A stretch of DNA of 64,000 nt. Source: Actinomycetota bacterium. GTDB lineage: Bacteria; Actinomycetota; Actinomycetes; S36-B12; UBA10799. The notes under the pieces are model-generated. The model made no database searches, was not told where the DNA came from, and worked only from the letters and a program-made list of their open reading frames with translations. The first letter of the stretch is position 1. Every line of letters starts with the position of its first letter. The position numbers and the translations under genes were made by a program. This document shows positions 8,359-17,654 of this stretch, piece after piece. Where the stretch lies: contig JACJWR010000001.1 of the NCBI GenBank assembly GCA_020637055.1, positions 101,237 to 165,236 on the forward strand, given 5' to 3'.

Positions 8359-9554
8359 GGCAGATCCTCCGCATCGACGGGCGGAGCGGGGATCGGCTTT
8401 CCGCTCGCCCCCACGCTGCGGTAGACCTCGGTGATCCGCTCGATCCACTGTGCTTCGGTGTAGCGCTCATCGAAGACTTCCCGACACCTGCGACGCAACT
8501 CATCGCCGCCAGCCTCGACCCAGGCCATCGCCGCCGCCAGGCTCGCGGCGTCCACCCGACCGTCGGCGACGGTGATTCCCATCGCAACCCCGTCGGAGAT
8601 CAACTGCGCAGCATGAGGACTGTTCAGACTCACCACGATGGGAAGTCCCGCCTCGAGCGCTTCGACGATCACCAGCGGCATCGCCGATTCAGGCGCCAGA
8701 CTGGTGAACACCAGCCCGCGGTAGGTGGGCAGCGATTCGCGCAGCGCCATCGGTGGTAGTTGCCCGCGCAGGTGCACCCGGGGACCGGCAAGCTCGGCCA
8801 ATTCGTCGCGCAGCGGACCGTCGCCGACTAGGTCGAGCCGGACGTTGGCAGGCCACCCGCGGACGAGTTCGACGAATCCCTTCTCGGCGCGCAGCCGACC
8901 CACCGCCAGCCACTGGGAATCGTCGGGCATCGCACTGGCCGCTGCGTGCACCTGCGTCACGCCGTTCGGAACCAGCCGGAGCCGTCCGGTGCCCACCCCG
9001 TAGCGGGCGAAGGTGTCGCGGGCGAACGGTGAGAGCACCACCAGGGCGTCGCTGCGGGCGATAAGCGGATTCACCTCGGTGCCCATCGTGTTGCGCAACG
9101 CGATCGGAGTGCTGGCAACCCGCGATTCCCGGTAGCAGGCATGCTCCACCGCCGACCACGGTTTGCCGTCCGGACAGTCGGTGCACAGCCTACCGTCGCG
9201 GAAGAGCAGCCCGTTGGCGCAGATCGGCCGGAAGTTGTGCAGGGTGTGCACAATCGGCCCGGGCCATCGGCGCATCCAGTGCAGGCCGATGTTGGGCACC
9301 GTGTTGTGGATGTGGACCACGTCCGGGGCGAACTGCCGCAGCCGCGGGGCCGGATCGGGCCCGAAACTGGTGATGGTGCGCCAGGCGGCACGCAGTTTGT
9401 AGCCCGGCAGATGCTGTTCGTCGTCGGTGTGGCGACCCAGCAGCAGCACGTCATGCCCGGCCGCTCCGAGTGCTTCGCTCTGCGCCTCCACCACGACGTT
9501 CTCGCCACTGGACTGATCAGAGGCGTAGAAGCTGTGCAGCAGCGCGATTCGCAC
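8355..9554 (-). CDS. GT4 glycosyltransferase with Cys-rich insert
   Basis: VRIALLHSFY...SGENVVVE N-terminus; C-terminal FTSLAPESAMPLVIVEALEAGLPIV (E-x7-E); insert HNFRPICANGLLFRDGRLCTDCPDG...HAC. Start GTG 9554 (or 9563), just after the rmlC stop at 9565. Confidence 0.85.
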   Translation of the reverse strand: MRIALLHSFYASDQSSGENVVVEAQSEALGAAGHDVLLLGRHTDDEQHLPGYKLRAAWRTITSFGPDPAPRLRQFAPDVVHIHNTVPNIGLHWMRRWPGPIVHTLHNFRPICANGLLFRDGRLCTDCPDGKPWSAVEHACYRESRVASTPIALRNTMGTEVNPLIARSDALVVLSPFARDTFARYGVGTGRLRLVPNGVTQVHAAASAMPDDSQWLAVGRLRAEKGFVELVRGWPANVRLDLVGDGPLRDELAELAGPRVHLRGQLPPMALRESLPTYRGLVFTSLAPESAMPLVIVEALEAGLPIVVSLNSPHAAQLISDGVAMGITVADGRVDAASLAAAMAWVEAGGDELRRRCREVFDERYTEAQWIERITEVYRSVGASGKPIPAPPVDAEDLP

Positions 9555-9564
9555 CCGAAGGACC

Positions 9565-10176
9565 TTACCCGGCCTCGCCGGCGAGACCGGCGCGGAACGC
9601 CCGGCAGGCCTCGTAGTCCGGCAGCAGACCCGCGGCCGCCGCCTCCGCCAGGCTGGGCGCCGCATCGTCCTTCGCCGACAACGAGCACTCACCGAGGTCG
9701 AACGGCCAGGCGATACCGATCTCGGAGTCGAACGGGTAAATCTCCCGCTCGCCGGTGGGGTTGTAGGGCTCGCTGCAGAGGTAGGCGACCGTGGAACCGT
9801 CTTCGAGTGCTGCGAATCCGTGTCCGAGGCCTTCGGAGAGGTACACCGCGCGCCGGTCCTTGGTGTCGAGCAGCACGGTCTCCCACATGCCGTAGGTGGG
9901 CGATCCGACGCGGATGTCGACGATCACATCCACCACCGCGCCTGCCAGGCAGGTGACGTACTTCGCCTGACCCGGCGGGACGTCGGCGTAGTGGATGCCG
10001 CGGACCGTGCCCTTGGTCGACACCGAGCAGTTGGCCTGGGCGAGGTGCAGCGGGTGCCCGACTGCCTCGACGAAGGTCTCCTCCTTGAACCACTCGAGGA
10101 ACAACCCGCGCGGGTCGCCGTGCTGCTTCGGGGTGACGACCCAGGCGCCTTCGATACTCAACGGGGTGATCTCCAT
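9565..10176 (-). CDS. rmlC: dTDP-4-dehydrorhamnose 3,5-epimerase
   Basis: DPRGLFLEWF, RGIHYADVPPGQAKYVTC, YLSEGLGHGF cupin motifs. Confidence 0.93.
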   Translation of the reverse strand: MEITPLSIEGAWVVTPKQHGDPRGLFLEWFKEETFVEAVGHPLHLAQANCSVSTKGTVRGIHYADVPPGQAKYVTCLAGAVVDVIVDIRVGSPTYGMWETVLLDTKDRRAVYLSEGLGHGFAALEDGSTVAYLCSEPYNPTGEREIYPFDSEIGIAWPFDLGECSLSAKDDAAPSLAEAAAAGLLPDYEACRAFRAGLAGEAG

Positions 10177-10182
10177 AGCCCA

Positions 10183-10188
10183 ACGCTA
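10183..10188 (-). promoter_or_regulatory. -10-like TAGCGT 6 nt upstream of rmlC ATG (leaderless candidate)
   Basis: Minus strand reads cccgaTAGCGTtgggctATG; no RBS-like purine tract. Confidence 0.4.
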
Positions 10189-10221
10189 TCGGGCGCCGAT
10201 GCATCGAATCGGAGTTCCCCC

Positions 10222-10333
10222 GGCCCACTGCGGTGGCGATGGCCCCGCTTGGCTGGGGCGACCGACAGTGGGCACCTGCGGGCTGCTTGTTTGCCTTCAC
10301 GCCGGCGCGGGGCCATCGCCACCTCCGTGGGCC
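10222..10333 (+). repeat. Long-loop hairpin element, copy A
   Basis: Perfect 17-bp arms GGTGGCGATGGCCCCGC (10232-10248) / GCGGGGCCATCGCCACC (10307-10323), outer 7-bp GGCCCAC/GTGGGCC across a 3x3 bubble, 58-nt core 10249-10306. Confidence 0.8.
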
Positions 10334-10378
10334 TTGCTCCAGCGGGCGCCACCTCGGCGGGCTCGGGTCTGGCGGACC

Positions 10379-10496
10379 GTGCCGGGGGAGTAGGGGGCCG
10401 GCGCCGACGTAAAGGCGAAAAGCGCACGCCGCAGCTGCCCACGGACGAACGCCCCAGTCAAGCCGGCCCCCTACTCCCCCGGCACCACCGTGGGCC
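10379..10496 (-). repeat. Long-loop hairpin element, copy B (inverted relative to A)
   Basis: Perfect 24-bp arms GTGCCGGGGGAGTAGGGGGCCGGC (10379-10402) / reverse complement (10462-10485). The 59-nt core, reverse-complemented, matches the core of A at about 45 of 59 aligned positions by eye. Shares a GGCCCACGGNGGTG-type flank. Confidence 0.8.
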
Positions 10497-10511
10497 CCTG
10501 CCGCCCAGGCA

Positions 10512-10528
10512 CCGCCCGAGGCGGGCGG
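10512..10528 (-). terminator. Small GC stem-loop abutting the stop of the priming transferase gene
   Basis: CCGCCC (10512-10517) pairs with GGGCGG (10523-10528), 5-nt loop, 1 nt from stop 10530-10532. Confidence 0.35.
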
Positions 10529-10529
10529 G

Positions 10530-11942
10530 TCAGTAGGCGCCGCGGCCGGTGATCACGGCCTTGAGGGTCCGCAGCACGATGATCGCGTCCAGCGGCAACG
10601 ACCAGTTCTCGACGTAGTAGAGGTCGAGCATCACCGACTGCTCCCAGTCGAGATCCGACCTGCCCGAGACTTGCCACAGGCCGGTCATGCCAGGTTTCGC
10701 CAGCAGTCGCCGGGTCGCCACATCGTCGTAGCGCTGCACGTCGTCGAGCGGGTGCGGCCGCGGACCGATCAGGCTCATCTGGCCCCACCAGACGTTGAAC
10801 AGCTGTGGCAACTCGTCCAGCGAGAAGCGCCGCAACCAGTGGCCCACCCCGGTGACGCGAGGGTCGCGGGTCATCTTGAACGTCGCGCCGGAGCCGCCGT
10901 GTTCGGCCCGCAACTCCTCTCGCCGGGAATCGGCGTCGACGACCATGGTGCGGAACTTGAAGCACTCGAAGGTGGTGCCGCCGGCCCCGGCCCGGGTCTG
11001 CATGAAGAACACCGGACCCGGGCTGGTCAGTTTGATCAGCGCCGCGAAGATCCCCAACGGAATCGCCAGGGCGATCAACAGCAGCGACGAGCCGATCAAG
11101 TCGATGGCGCGTTTGATGACTCGGGCCGGCCCGGAGAACTTGGGCATCTCGACCCGCACCAGGGCCATCCCGTTGATCGGTTCGATACTGAGCCGCGGTC
11201 CGGCGATGTTCGCGATCTGCGGACTCACCAACAGGGAAAGGTCCTGATCCTCCATCGCCCAGCCGAGCCGTCGGGGCCAGGCTGGATCCTCGTGCTGTGC
11301 GGGGGCGTAGACGATGGTGTCGGCGTCGAGGTCGAGAGCGGCCTTCACCACGACCACCGGATCCGGATCTGGCGCGTCGGTGAGATCCCAACTGCCGACC
11401 TGCTCCATCAGCCCGCCGGACCGGGCGAACTGCTTCTCAAGCTGGGGGTACTGCGCCTGCGCTGCCACTACGAACACCCGATGCAGCGGATCGCCGCGCT
11501 GCAACCTGCGGTGCAGCACATTGCGCATCAGGGATCGATCCGCGAGCAGGAAGAGCGTCCCGACCACGGCGCTGAAGAACAGGTATCGCCTGCCGAACTG
11601 GGTTCCGGTGATGTAGGCCAGTGACATCGTCAGCGCCACGGTCCACAGACTCGCCAGCAGGACACGCCGATACTCCTCGGCACCACCGCCGAGGATCGTG
11701 GTCGCGCGGGTCTGCATCTGCCACAACATCAACGGCCACAAGACCATCAGCGACACGATCATGAACATCCGCGGGCCGTCGCTGGCCGGGCCCTCGTGGC
11801 CGATGTCGAGCACAACTCCCAGCCCCAGGGCCAGCGCGATCGCCACCAAGTCGGCCACCACGACGAGGCGGGAGTGGTTGCGCTCCTCGAGCACCACTCG
11901 GGCACGACCCACCAGATCTTGGGCGCGGCTGTTGAAGCTCAT
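10530..11942 (-). CDS. Polyprenyl glycosylphosphotransferase (WbaP/exopolysaccharide priming sugar transferase)
   Basis: C-terminal LIGPRPHPL...KPGMTGLWQVSGRSDL bacterial sugar-transferase domain, N-terminal TM helices. Start ATG 11942 (MSFNSRAQDL), 19 nt after the UXS stop; the ORF-track 63-aa extension overlaps UXS out of frame. Confidence 0.9.
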   Translation of the reverse strand: MSFNSRAQDLVGRARVVLEERNHSRLVVVADLVAIALALGLGVVLDIGHEGPASDGPRMFMIVSLMVLWPLMLWQMQTRATTILGGGAEEYRRVLLASLWTVALTMSLAYITGTQFGRRYLFFSAVVGTLFLLADRSLMRNVLHRRLQRGDPLHRVFVVAAQAQYPQLEKQFARSGGLMEQVGSWDLTDAPDPDPVVVVKAALDLDADTIVYAPAQHEDPAWPRRLGWAMEDQDLSLLVSPQIANIAGPRLSIEPINGMALVRVEMPKFSGPARVIKRAIDLIGSSLLLIALAIPLGIFAALIKLTSPGPVFFMQTRAGAGGTTFECFKFRTMVVDADSRREELRAEHGGSGATFKMTRDPRVTGVGHWLRRFSLDELPQLFNVWWGQMSLIGPRPHPLDDVQRYDDVATRRLLAKPGMTGLWQVSGRSDLDWEQSVMLDLYYVENWSLPLDAIIVLRTLKAVITGRGAY

Positions 11943-11961
11943 GCCCGGGCACCTGCACGAC

Positions 11962-12909
11962 TCACCCCAGGACTCCCGAGTCCCGGAACCACTCCACCGT
12001 CCGCGCCAAGCCGACGTCCAAGTGCACCTTCGGCTCCCACCCCAGGGTTTCCACCGCCCGGGTGATGTCGGGCTGGCGCTGTTTGGGGTCGTCGGCGGGC
12101 AGCGGCTCGTGCCGCACCTTGCGCCCGCCACCCACGAGGTCGGTCACCCGGGTGGCCAACTCCAGCATCGACATCTCGTTCGGGTTGCCCAGGTTGATCG
12201 GACCGGTCACCTCGTGCTCGGTGGCCATCATCCGAATCAGGCCCTCGACCAGATCGTCCACGTAGCAGAAAGACCTCGTCTGGGTGCCGTCGCCGTAGAC
12301 CGTCAGATCACGCCCCTGCAGCGCCTGGACGATGAAGTTGCTCACCACCCGCCCGTCGTCGGGCTGCATCCGCGGGCCGTAGGTGTTGAAGATCCGCACC
12401 ACCTTGATCGGCATGTCGTGCTGACGGCGGTAGTCGAAGAACAGCGTCTCGGCGCAGCGCTTGCCCTCGTCGTAGCAGGACCGCACGCCGATCGGGTTCA
12501 CGTTGCCCCAGTAGCTCTCATCCTGCGGGTGCACGGTCGGATCGCCGTAGACCTCGGACGTCGAGGAGAGCAGGATCTTCGCGCCCACACGCTTGGCCAG
12601 GCCCAGCATGTTGATCGAGCCGATCACCGACGTCTTCGTGGTCTGCACCGGATCGCGCTGGTAGAACACCGGCGATGCCGGACACGCCAGGTTGTAGATC
12701 TCGTCCACCTCGACGTACAGCGGAAAGGTGATGTCGTGGCGCATCAACTCGAACCTGGGATTGCTCAGCAGGTGGTGAATGTTGCGACGGGTGGACGAAT
12801 AGAAGTTGTCCACGCACAACACCTCGGCGCCCTCATCGAGCAACCGCTCGCACAGATGACTGCCGATGAATCCCGCACCACCAGTCACGAGGACACGCCT
12901 ATACGTCAC
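11962..12909 (-). CDS. UDP-glucuronate decarboxylase (UDP-xylose synthase)
   Basis: [47 protein letters not shown]: strong resemblance to the UXS/ArnA-decarboxylase SDR family. GTG start. Confidence 0.88.
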   Translation of the reverse strand: MTYRRVLVTGGAGFIGSHLCERLLDEGAEVLCVDNFYSSTRRNIHHLLSNPRFELMRHDITFPLYVEVDEIYNLACPASPVFYQRDPVQTTKTSVIGSINMLGLAKRVGAKILLSSTSEVYGDPTVHPQDESYWGNVNPIGVRSCYDEGKRCAETLFFDYRRQHDMPIKVVRIFNTYGPRMQPDDGRVVSNFIVQALQGRDLTVYGDGTQTRSFCYVDDLVEGLIRMMATEHEVTGPINLGNPNEMSMLELATRVTDLVGGGRKVRHEPLPADDPKQRQPDITRAVETLGWEPKVHLDVGLARTVEWFRDSGVLG

Positions 12910-12916
12910 ACCGGCC

Positions 12917-12922
12917 AGTCTA
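12917..12922 (-). promoter_or_regulatory. -10-like TAGACT 7 nt upstream of UXS GTG (leaderless candidate)
   Basis: Minus strand reads ggtTAGACTggccggtGTG. Confidence 0.4.
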
Positions 12923-13073
12923 ACCCTGGGCCACCGGCGGACCCGCGCATTTGGGTCCCGGCGAAACCGGCGCCCCCCGACCCTGCCCGGGCGGCGGCGC
13001 CCGCCACCGCCGGAGCACCGTGATCCGCCGATAGGCTGATCCCCGAACCCCGACGGCTCGGCGAGGAGGTGCG

Positions 13074-14198
13074 GTGGACAGCATCGATGTGCTGATCGAC
13101 GACCAGATCTTCCTCATGCACGCCCGGGGCGGAATCTCACGCTACTTCGCCGAGCTGCTGCGGGAGTTCGACAGCCACCCCGAGTGGGGTATCAACGCCC
13201 TCAACAGCGTCCGCTACTCACCGAATCAGCACCTGCGGGAGGTTGATCCGAGTGTCCGGGACCTGCCGTTCCGGGAGATGTCGCGGCGCTGGAAGGTGGC
13301 CAAGCGCCTGGCGCGGTATCCATCGGCGGTGATCGCCTCCAGGATGGCGCCCGACGTCGTGCACTTCACCTACTACGACCCCCGGCGGCTGGACATCTTC
13401 CCGGGAGTGCCGAAGGTGGTGACGGTGCACGACATGGTGCCCGAACGGCTGCCGGCGGAACTCGTCGACGGTGACCCCCACCTGGCCAAGCGGGAGTACG
13501 TCGAGGCGGCCGACGCGATCGTCTGCGTCTCCGAGGCGACCCGCAACGATCTCTTCGAGGCGTGGGGGGAGATCACCGACAAGCCGGTGATCGTCACCGG
13601 CCATGGTGCGGCCGACCGGTTCAACCCCGGGGTGGCGCCGGCCGAACTCGGCTACCGCTACCTGCTGCACGTCGGCTCCCGCGATCACTACAAGAACTTC
13701 GGCCTGCTCATGACCTCCTACGCCGGCAGCGAAGCCCAATCGGCCGGGGTACGGCTGCTGGCCGTCGGCGGCGGCCCGCTCACCGCCGAGGAGCAGGAAC
13801 TCGCCACCACCCTCGGAATCGGCGACGACCTGGTGCAGTTGACCGCCTCCGAGGCCGACCTGCCGGGGATCTATCGCGGCGCGGAACTGTTCGTGTTCCC
13901 TTCGCTGCTGGAAGGATTCGGCATCCCGGTGCTGGAGGCGATGGCCACCGGAACTCCGGCCGTGCTCGCCGACACCCCGGTGTTCCGCGAGGTGGCCGGC
14001 GACGCCGCGGTCTTCTATCCACCGGAGGACCCGTGGGTGCTACGAGCCGAATTGAACCGCCTGCTCGGCGACGCCACCGCCCGCACCGAACTCGCCGCCG
14101 CAGGTGTGCGGCGGGCGGCTGACTTCTCCTGGCGCCGAACGGCGCTGGACACCGCCGAGTTGTATCGGGACCTGGTGGCCCGACGGAGCACAACGTGA
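13074..14198 (+). CDS. GT4 glycosyltransferase
   Basis: [26 protein letters not shown] (E-x7-E), [20 protein letters not shown] at 13063-13069, GTG start; TAGGCT -10-like at 13032-13037. Confidence 0.88.
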   Translation: MDSIDVLIDDQIFLMHARGGISRYFAELLREFDSHPEWGINALNSVRYSPNQHLREVDPSVRDLPFREMSRRWKVAKRLARYPSAVIASRMAPDVVHFTYYDPRRLDIFPGVPKVVTVHDMVPERLPAELVDGDPHLAKREYVEAADAIVCVSEATRNDLFEAWGEITDKPVIVTGHGAADRFNPGVAPAELGYRYLLHVGSRDHYKNFGLLMTSYAGSEAQSAGVRLLAVGGGPLTAEEQELATTLGIGDDLVQLTASEADLPGIYRGAELFVFPSLLEGFGIPVLEAMATGTPAVLADTPVFREVAGDAAVFYPPEDPWVLRAELNRLLGDATARTELAAAGVRRAADFSWRRTALDTAELYRDLVARRSTT

Positions 14199-15082
14199 AC
14201 GAATCCGCGGGCGACGGGCCGTGGCTGTCGGTGGTGACGGTGGTGCGCAACGACGCCGACGCCCTGCGGCGCACGATCGACAGCGTCGCCACCCAGCAGA
14301 CCGACCTGCTCGAACATCTGATCGTGGACGGGGCCTCCACCGACGACACGCTGCCTATCGCCCGAGCCGCCGAATCCCACTCGCCCTGGCTGCGGGTGGT
14401 GAGCGCCGAAGACTCCGGGATCTACAACGCGATGAACTCCGGTATCGGCCTGGCACGCGGATCTCACCTGCTCTTCCTCAACGCCGGCGACGACTTCACC
14501 TCCCCGGGCGAGGTCGCCGCGGTGCACGAGGATTGGCGACGCGAGCGCTATGACTGGGGCCGCTATCGCGCACGATTCGTCGATGCCGCCCGCAACTCCA
14601 CCCGACCGCTGTCGTCGGCCGAGTTGGACGTCGACCGTTTCCTGCGTGGGGAGCAGGAGCGGTACCACCAGGGCGCGATCATGTCGAAATCGATGCTGGT
14701 GCAGTTGGGCGGATTCGACGAGCGCTATCGGATCGTGGCCGACTTCGACTTGATGAGGCGGGCGCTGTTGGCCGGCTACCGGCCGTGGATCAGCGAGCGG
14801 ATCATCACCGACTACGACGCGTCGGGCCTGTCGGCGGTGGCCTGGCGGCGGTCGTTGGCCGAGGAACACGCGGTGCGCTGCGCCGGGGCAGCCCCGGCGG
14901 TTCGCGCGTCGTCCACCTGGACCTACGCCCGCCGGGCGGCCGTGATCGCCACGAAACGTTCGCTGCGCCGGGGCGCCGAGCAAGTGCTCGGGAAGGAGCG
15001 GGTCAGCGCACTGCGCGGTGCCGATCTGGCCGCGGCGCCGGAAGGCGCGGAGAAGGCGGAGGGATCCCCGCATGGCCGGTAG
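14195..15082 (+). CDS. GT2 glycosyltransferase
   Basis: LSVVTVVRNDADAL...LIVDGASTDDT...IYNAMNSGI...FLNAGDDF. GTGA overlap with the preceding gene. Confidence 0.88.
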   Translation: MNESAGDGPWLSVVTVVRNDADALRRTIDSVATQQTDLLEHLIVDGASTDDTLPIARAAESHSPWLRVVSAEDSGIYNAMNSGIGLARGSHLLFLNAGDDFTSPGEVAAVHEDWRRERYDWGRYRARFVDAARNSTRPLSSAELDVDRFLRGEQERYHQGAIMSKSMLVQLGGFDERYRIVADFDLMRRALLAGYRPWISERIITDYDASGLSAVAWRRSLAEEHAVRCAGAAPAVRASSTWTYARRAAVIATKRSLRRGAEQVLGKERVSALRGADLAAAPEGAEKAEGSPHGR

Positions 15083-16922
15083 GACACGTGGCAAAGAGGT
15101 GGCCCGCAAAGTGCTCAACTGGCCCGGGGTGGGCCCCGCGGTCGGCCGTGCGGTGGGCCGCCTCGGACGAGCCAGCGGACGTGCGGCACCGGCCCTCGAC
15201 AGCGTCTACCGCCGGTTGCCGAGCAGCGCGGGACTGCCCTTCGGCGCCACCGTGGAATCCCAACGCCGAGCCCTGCTGAAGTACTACGCGAGGCTGGACC
15301 ACGACGTCGCGGCCGTGGCCTACCGGCCGCGCATCAGCATCGTGGTGCCCACCTACAGACCGGTCTACCGATACCTGCACGAGATGCTCGGCAGCATCGC
15401 GCTGCAGACCTACCCCGACTGGCAGCTGTGCATCGTGGACGACGCCTCCGGCGACCCGAATCTCACCAGGATCCTCGCCGGTTTCGCCGAGACCCACCCG
15501 GGCAAGGTGGCTTTCGCCACCCGAGCCGAGAACGGCCACATCGCCGCCACCAGCAACGACGCCCTGGCCCTCGCCGACGGCGACTACGTGGCCCTGCTCG
15601 ACCACGACGATCGGCTGTACCCCCATGCCCTGGCCGAGGTGGTGCTCGGGCTCAACGCCCACCGCAGCCGGGACGGTCGGTACCCCGCCGTGCTCTACAC
15701 CGACGAGCGGATGATCGACGAGGACGGCGCCCCGATCGGCGAGGTATGGCTGAAACCGGACTGGATGCCGTTGCTGCACCTGACCAGCAACTACACCAAC
15801 CACCTCACCGTGTACTCCCGTGACCTGCTCACCGAACTGGGCGGGTTCCGTTCCGGGTTCGACGGATCCCAGGACCACGACCTGATGCTGCGGGCCACCG
15901 AGGCCAGCGAACAGGCCGGGCTGCCGGTGGTGCACCTGCCGACGATCGCCTACCAGTGGCGCAGCCACCCCGGCTCGGTGGCGAAGGACCCGGGCGTGAA
16001 GTCCTATTCGATCGAACCCGCGATGCGGGCGGTCGCGCAGGCGTGTGAGCGGCGAGGGCGCCCGGCCAAAGTCTGGCGGGAACCGGGGATTGTGGCGAAC
16101 CGGATCGACTTCGCCGTCGCGGAGCCGGTCCCGCAGGTCGAGGTCGTGGTACTCGACGATCGGGCGGCCAGAACACCTGCGGTGGGGGCGGGCAGCTCCG
16201 ACCAGGTGGGCAGCTACCCCAACGCCGTGGTGCACCGCGTCACGGCCACCGCCGAGCACCCACCGGCCGAGGTGCTGCAAGCCGCGCTCGACAACTGCGA
16301 GGCGCCGTATCTGGTGGTGTTGAGCAGCGAACTCGTCCCGCAGCGCGACGACTGGATCATGGCGATGGTCAACCTCGCACAACTGCCGGAGGTGGGCGTG
16401 GTGGGCGGGCTGCTGCTGACTGCGGCCGGCGATGTGGCCGCCGCTGGCCTGATCGGCCTGGGCTCGGCCGGGACGGCGCCGGCGATGGCCGGGATGCCGC
16501 CCACCGAAGAGGTGTACCTGGCCTGGCCGGCCAGCATCCACGAGGTGCTCGCGGTGGATTCGGCCGCGATGATGGTCGACGTCGCCGCCGCCAGGTCCGC
16601 CGGCGGATTCACCGCACATCCGGAGTTCGGCTACTTCCACTACGGCACCGATCTCTGCCTGCGACTGCGCCAGGCGGGCCTGACCACGGTGTTCACCCCC
16701 TACGCCGAGTTCCGATTCACCGGCCCCGAGACCAGCCCGCAGGTCGACCTGGCCCAGCGCAGCGCTTTGGTGGCCCGCTGGGGGCACGTGCTGGCCGCGG
16801 ATCCCTACTTCAACCCGGGGTTGGCGCGATCGCCGCAGTTCCGGGTGGACCCCACGCTGACACTGCCGGAGGTGCCGCCGGTCGTGTTCGACTCCTGGTT
16901 GGCCGACGGCCGGATCGGCTGA
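15072..16922 (+). CDS. Two-domain GT2 glycosyltransferase
   Basis: ISIVVPTYRPVYRYL...CIVDDASGDP...LLDHDDRL (domain 1); second GT2-like half VEVVVLDD...LVVLSSELVP...DLCLRLRQAG. Start set to ATG 15072 (11-nt overlap with the preceding gene); ORF-track start 15018 is also possible. Confidence 0.8.
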   Translation: MAGRTRGKEVARKVLNWPGVGPAVGRAVGRLGRASGRAAPALDSVYRRLPSSAGLPFGATVESQRRALLKYYARLDHDVAAVAYRPRISIVVPTYRPVYRYLHEMLGSIALQTYPDWQLCIVDDASGDPNLTRILAGFAETHPGKVAFATRAENGHIAATSNDALALADGDYVALLDHDDRLYPHALAEVVLGLNAHRSRDGRYPAVLYTDERMIDEDGAPIGEVWLKPDWMPLLHLTSNYTNHLTVYSRDLLTELGGFRSGFDGSQDHDLMLRATEASEQAGLPVVHLPTIAYQWRSHPGSVAKDPGVKSYSIEPAMRAVAQACERRGRPAKVWREPGIVANRIDFAVAEPVPQVEVVVLDDRAARTPAVGAGSSDQVGSYPNAVVHRVTATAEHPPAEVLQAALDNCEAPYLVVLSSELVPQRDDWIMAMVNLAQLPEVGVVGGLLLTAAGDVAAAGLIGLGSAGTAPAMAGMPPTEEVYLAWPASIHEVLAVDSAAMMVDVAAARSAGGFTAHPEFGYFHYGTDLCLRLRQAGLTTVFTPYAEFRFTGPETSPQVDLAQRSALVARWGHVLAADPYFNPGLARSPQFRVDPTLTLPEVPPVVFDSWLADGRIG

Positions 16923-16934
16923 GCGCCCCGGGGT

Positions 16935-17651
16935 TCACCGCAGGTACGCGTCGCAGGCTTCGTGGCCCTGCTCGATACCGGTCTCGGTCGCCTGCCGCCG
17001 CTGGCTCGGGGTGCCGTGGTGCTGCGGATTGTCGAAGGCAAAGTCGCCGGACGCGAACGCGTCCCGCGCTGCGGCCTCCTCGTTGCCCCCCATCTCCGCC
17101 ACGATCGCGCCGGAGATGCAATCGGCGAACAGTTCGGTCTTGACCACGGTCTCGGACTCGTCGGGCCGGTAGCCGCGCTGCGCCTCCCAGGCATGGCCCA
17201 ACTCGTGGGTGGTGATGGCCAACGCGGCACCGTTCTCCTTGCCGTATCGATCCTGCCCGGCGAGGAAGTTCAGATCCAGGTACACGGTGTTGTCGCCGGC
17301 GCAGTAGAAGGCGTTTCCGGACGTGAACGGGTAGCGTCCGCAGCCGGTCATCACCCCGCCGAACGTCTCTCCGAGCGGGATCGTGCGCAGTTCCGGTGCC
17401 ACGAAGTCCGGCCACCACCCCTGGATCACGGCGACGGCAGCCGCGAGATCCTCGGTGACCACCTGCTCGAAATCCGCGGAGTCCGCTGCGGCGGTCGATG
17501 ATGCACCCGTGCTGGCGTCGGTGGCCGCGGGCGCATCAGTCGTCTCGGCGGTGGCCGAGGTTTGCGGGTCTTCGCCGGACTGCGCCTGGCAGCCGCCGAC
17601 GGCCAGGACGGCCGCAACGGCGACGATGCCGAGGCTTGACGCGCGTCGCAT
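16935..17651 (-). CDS. Lipoprotein, putative neutral zinc metallopeptidase (YpfJ-like)
   Basis: Signal/lipobox VLAVGGC, HExxH in ITTHELGHAW, FYCAGDNTVYLD as in the Zn_peptidase family. Confidence 0.75.
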   Translation of the reverse strand: MRRASSLGIVAVAAVLAVGGCQAQSGEDPQTSATAETTDAPAATDASTGASSTAAADSADFEQVVTEDLAAAVAVIQGWWPDFVAPELRTIPLGETFGGVMTGCGRYPFTSGNAFYCAGDNTVYLDLNFLAGQDRYGKENGAALAITTHELGHAWEAQRGYRPDESETVVKTELFADCISGAIVAEMGGNEEAAARDAFASGDFAFDNPQHHGTPSQRRQATETGIEQGHEACDAYLR

Positions 17652-17654
17652 GGC

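Noticed and set aside
15003-16787. 594-aa ORF antisense to the two-domain GT2 gene
   Set aside because: It has shadow composition (Gly/Arg/His/Val-rich, no motifs), while the opposite strand has clear GT2 DxD motifs.
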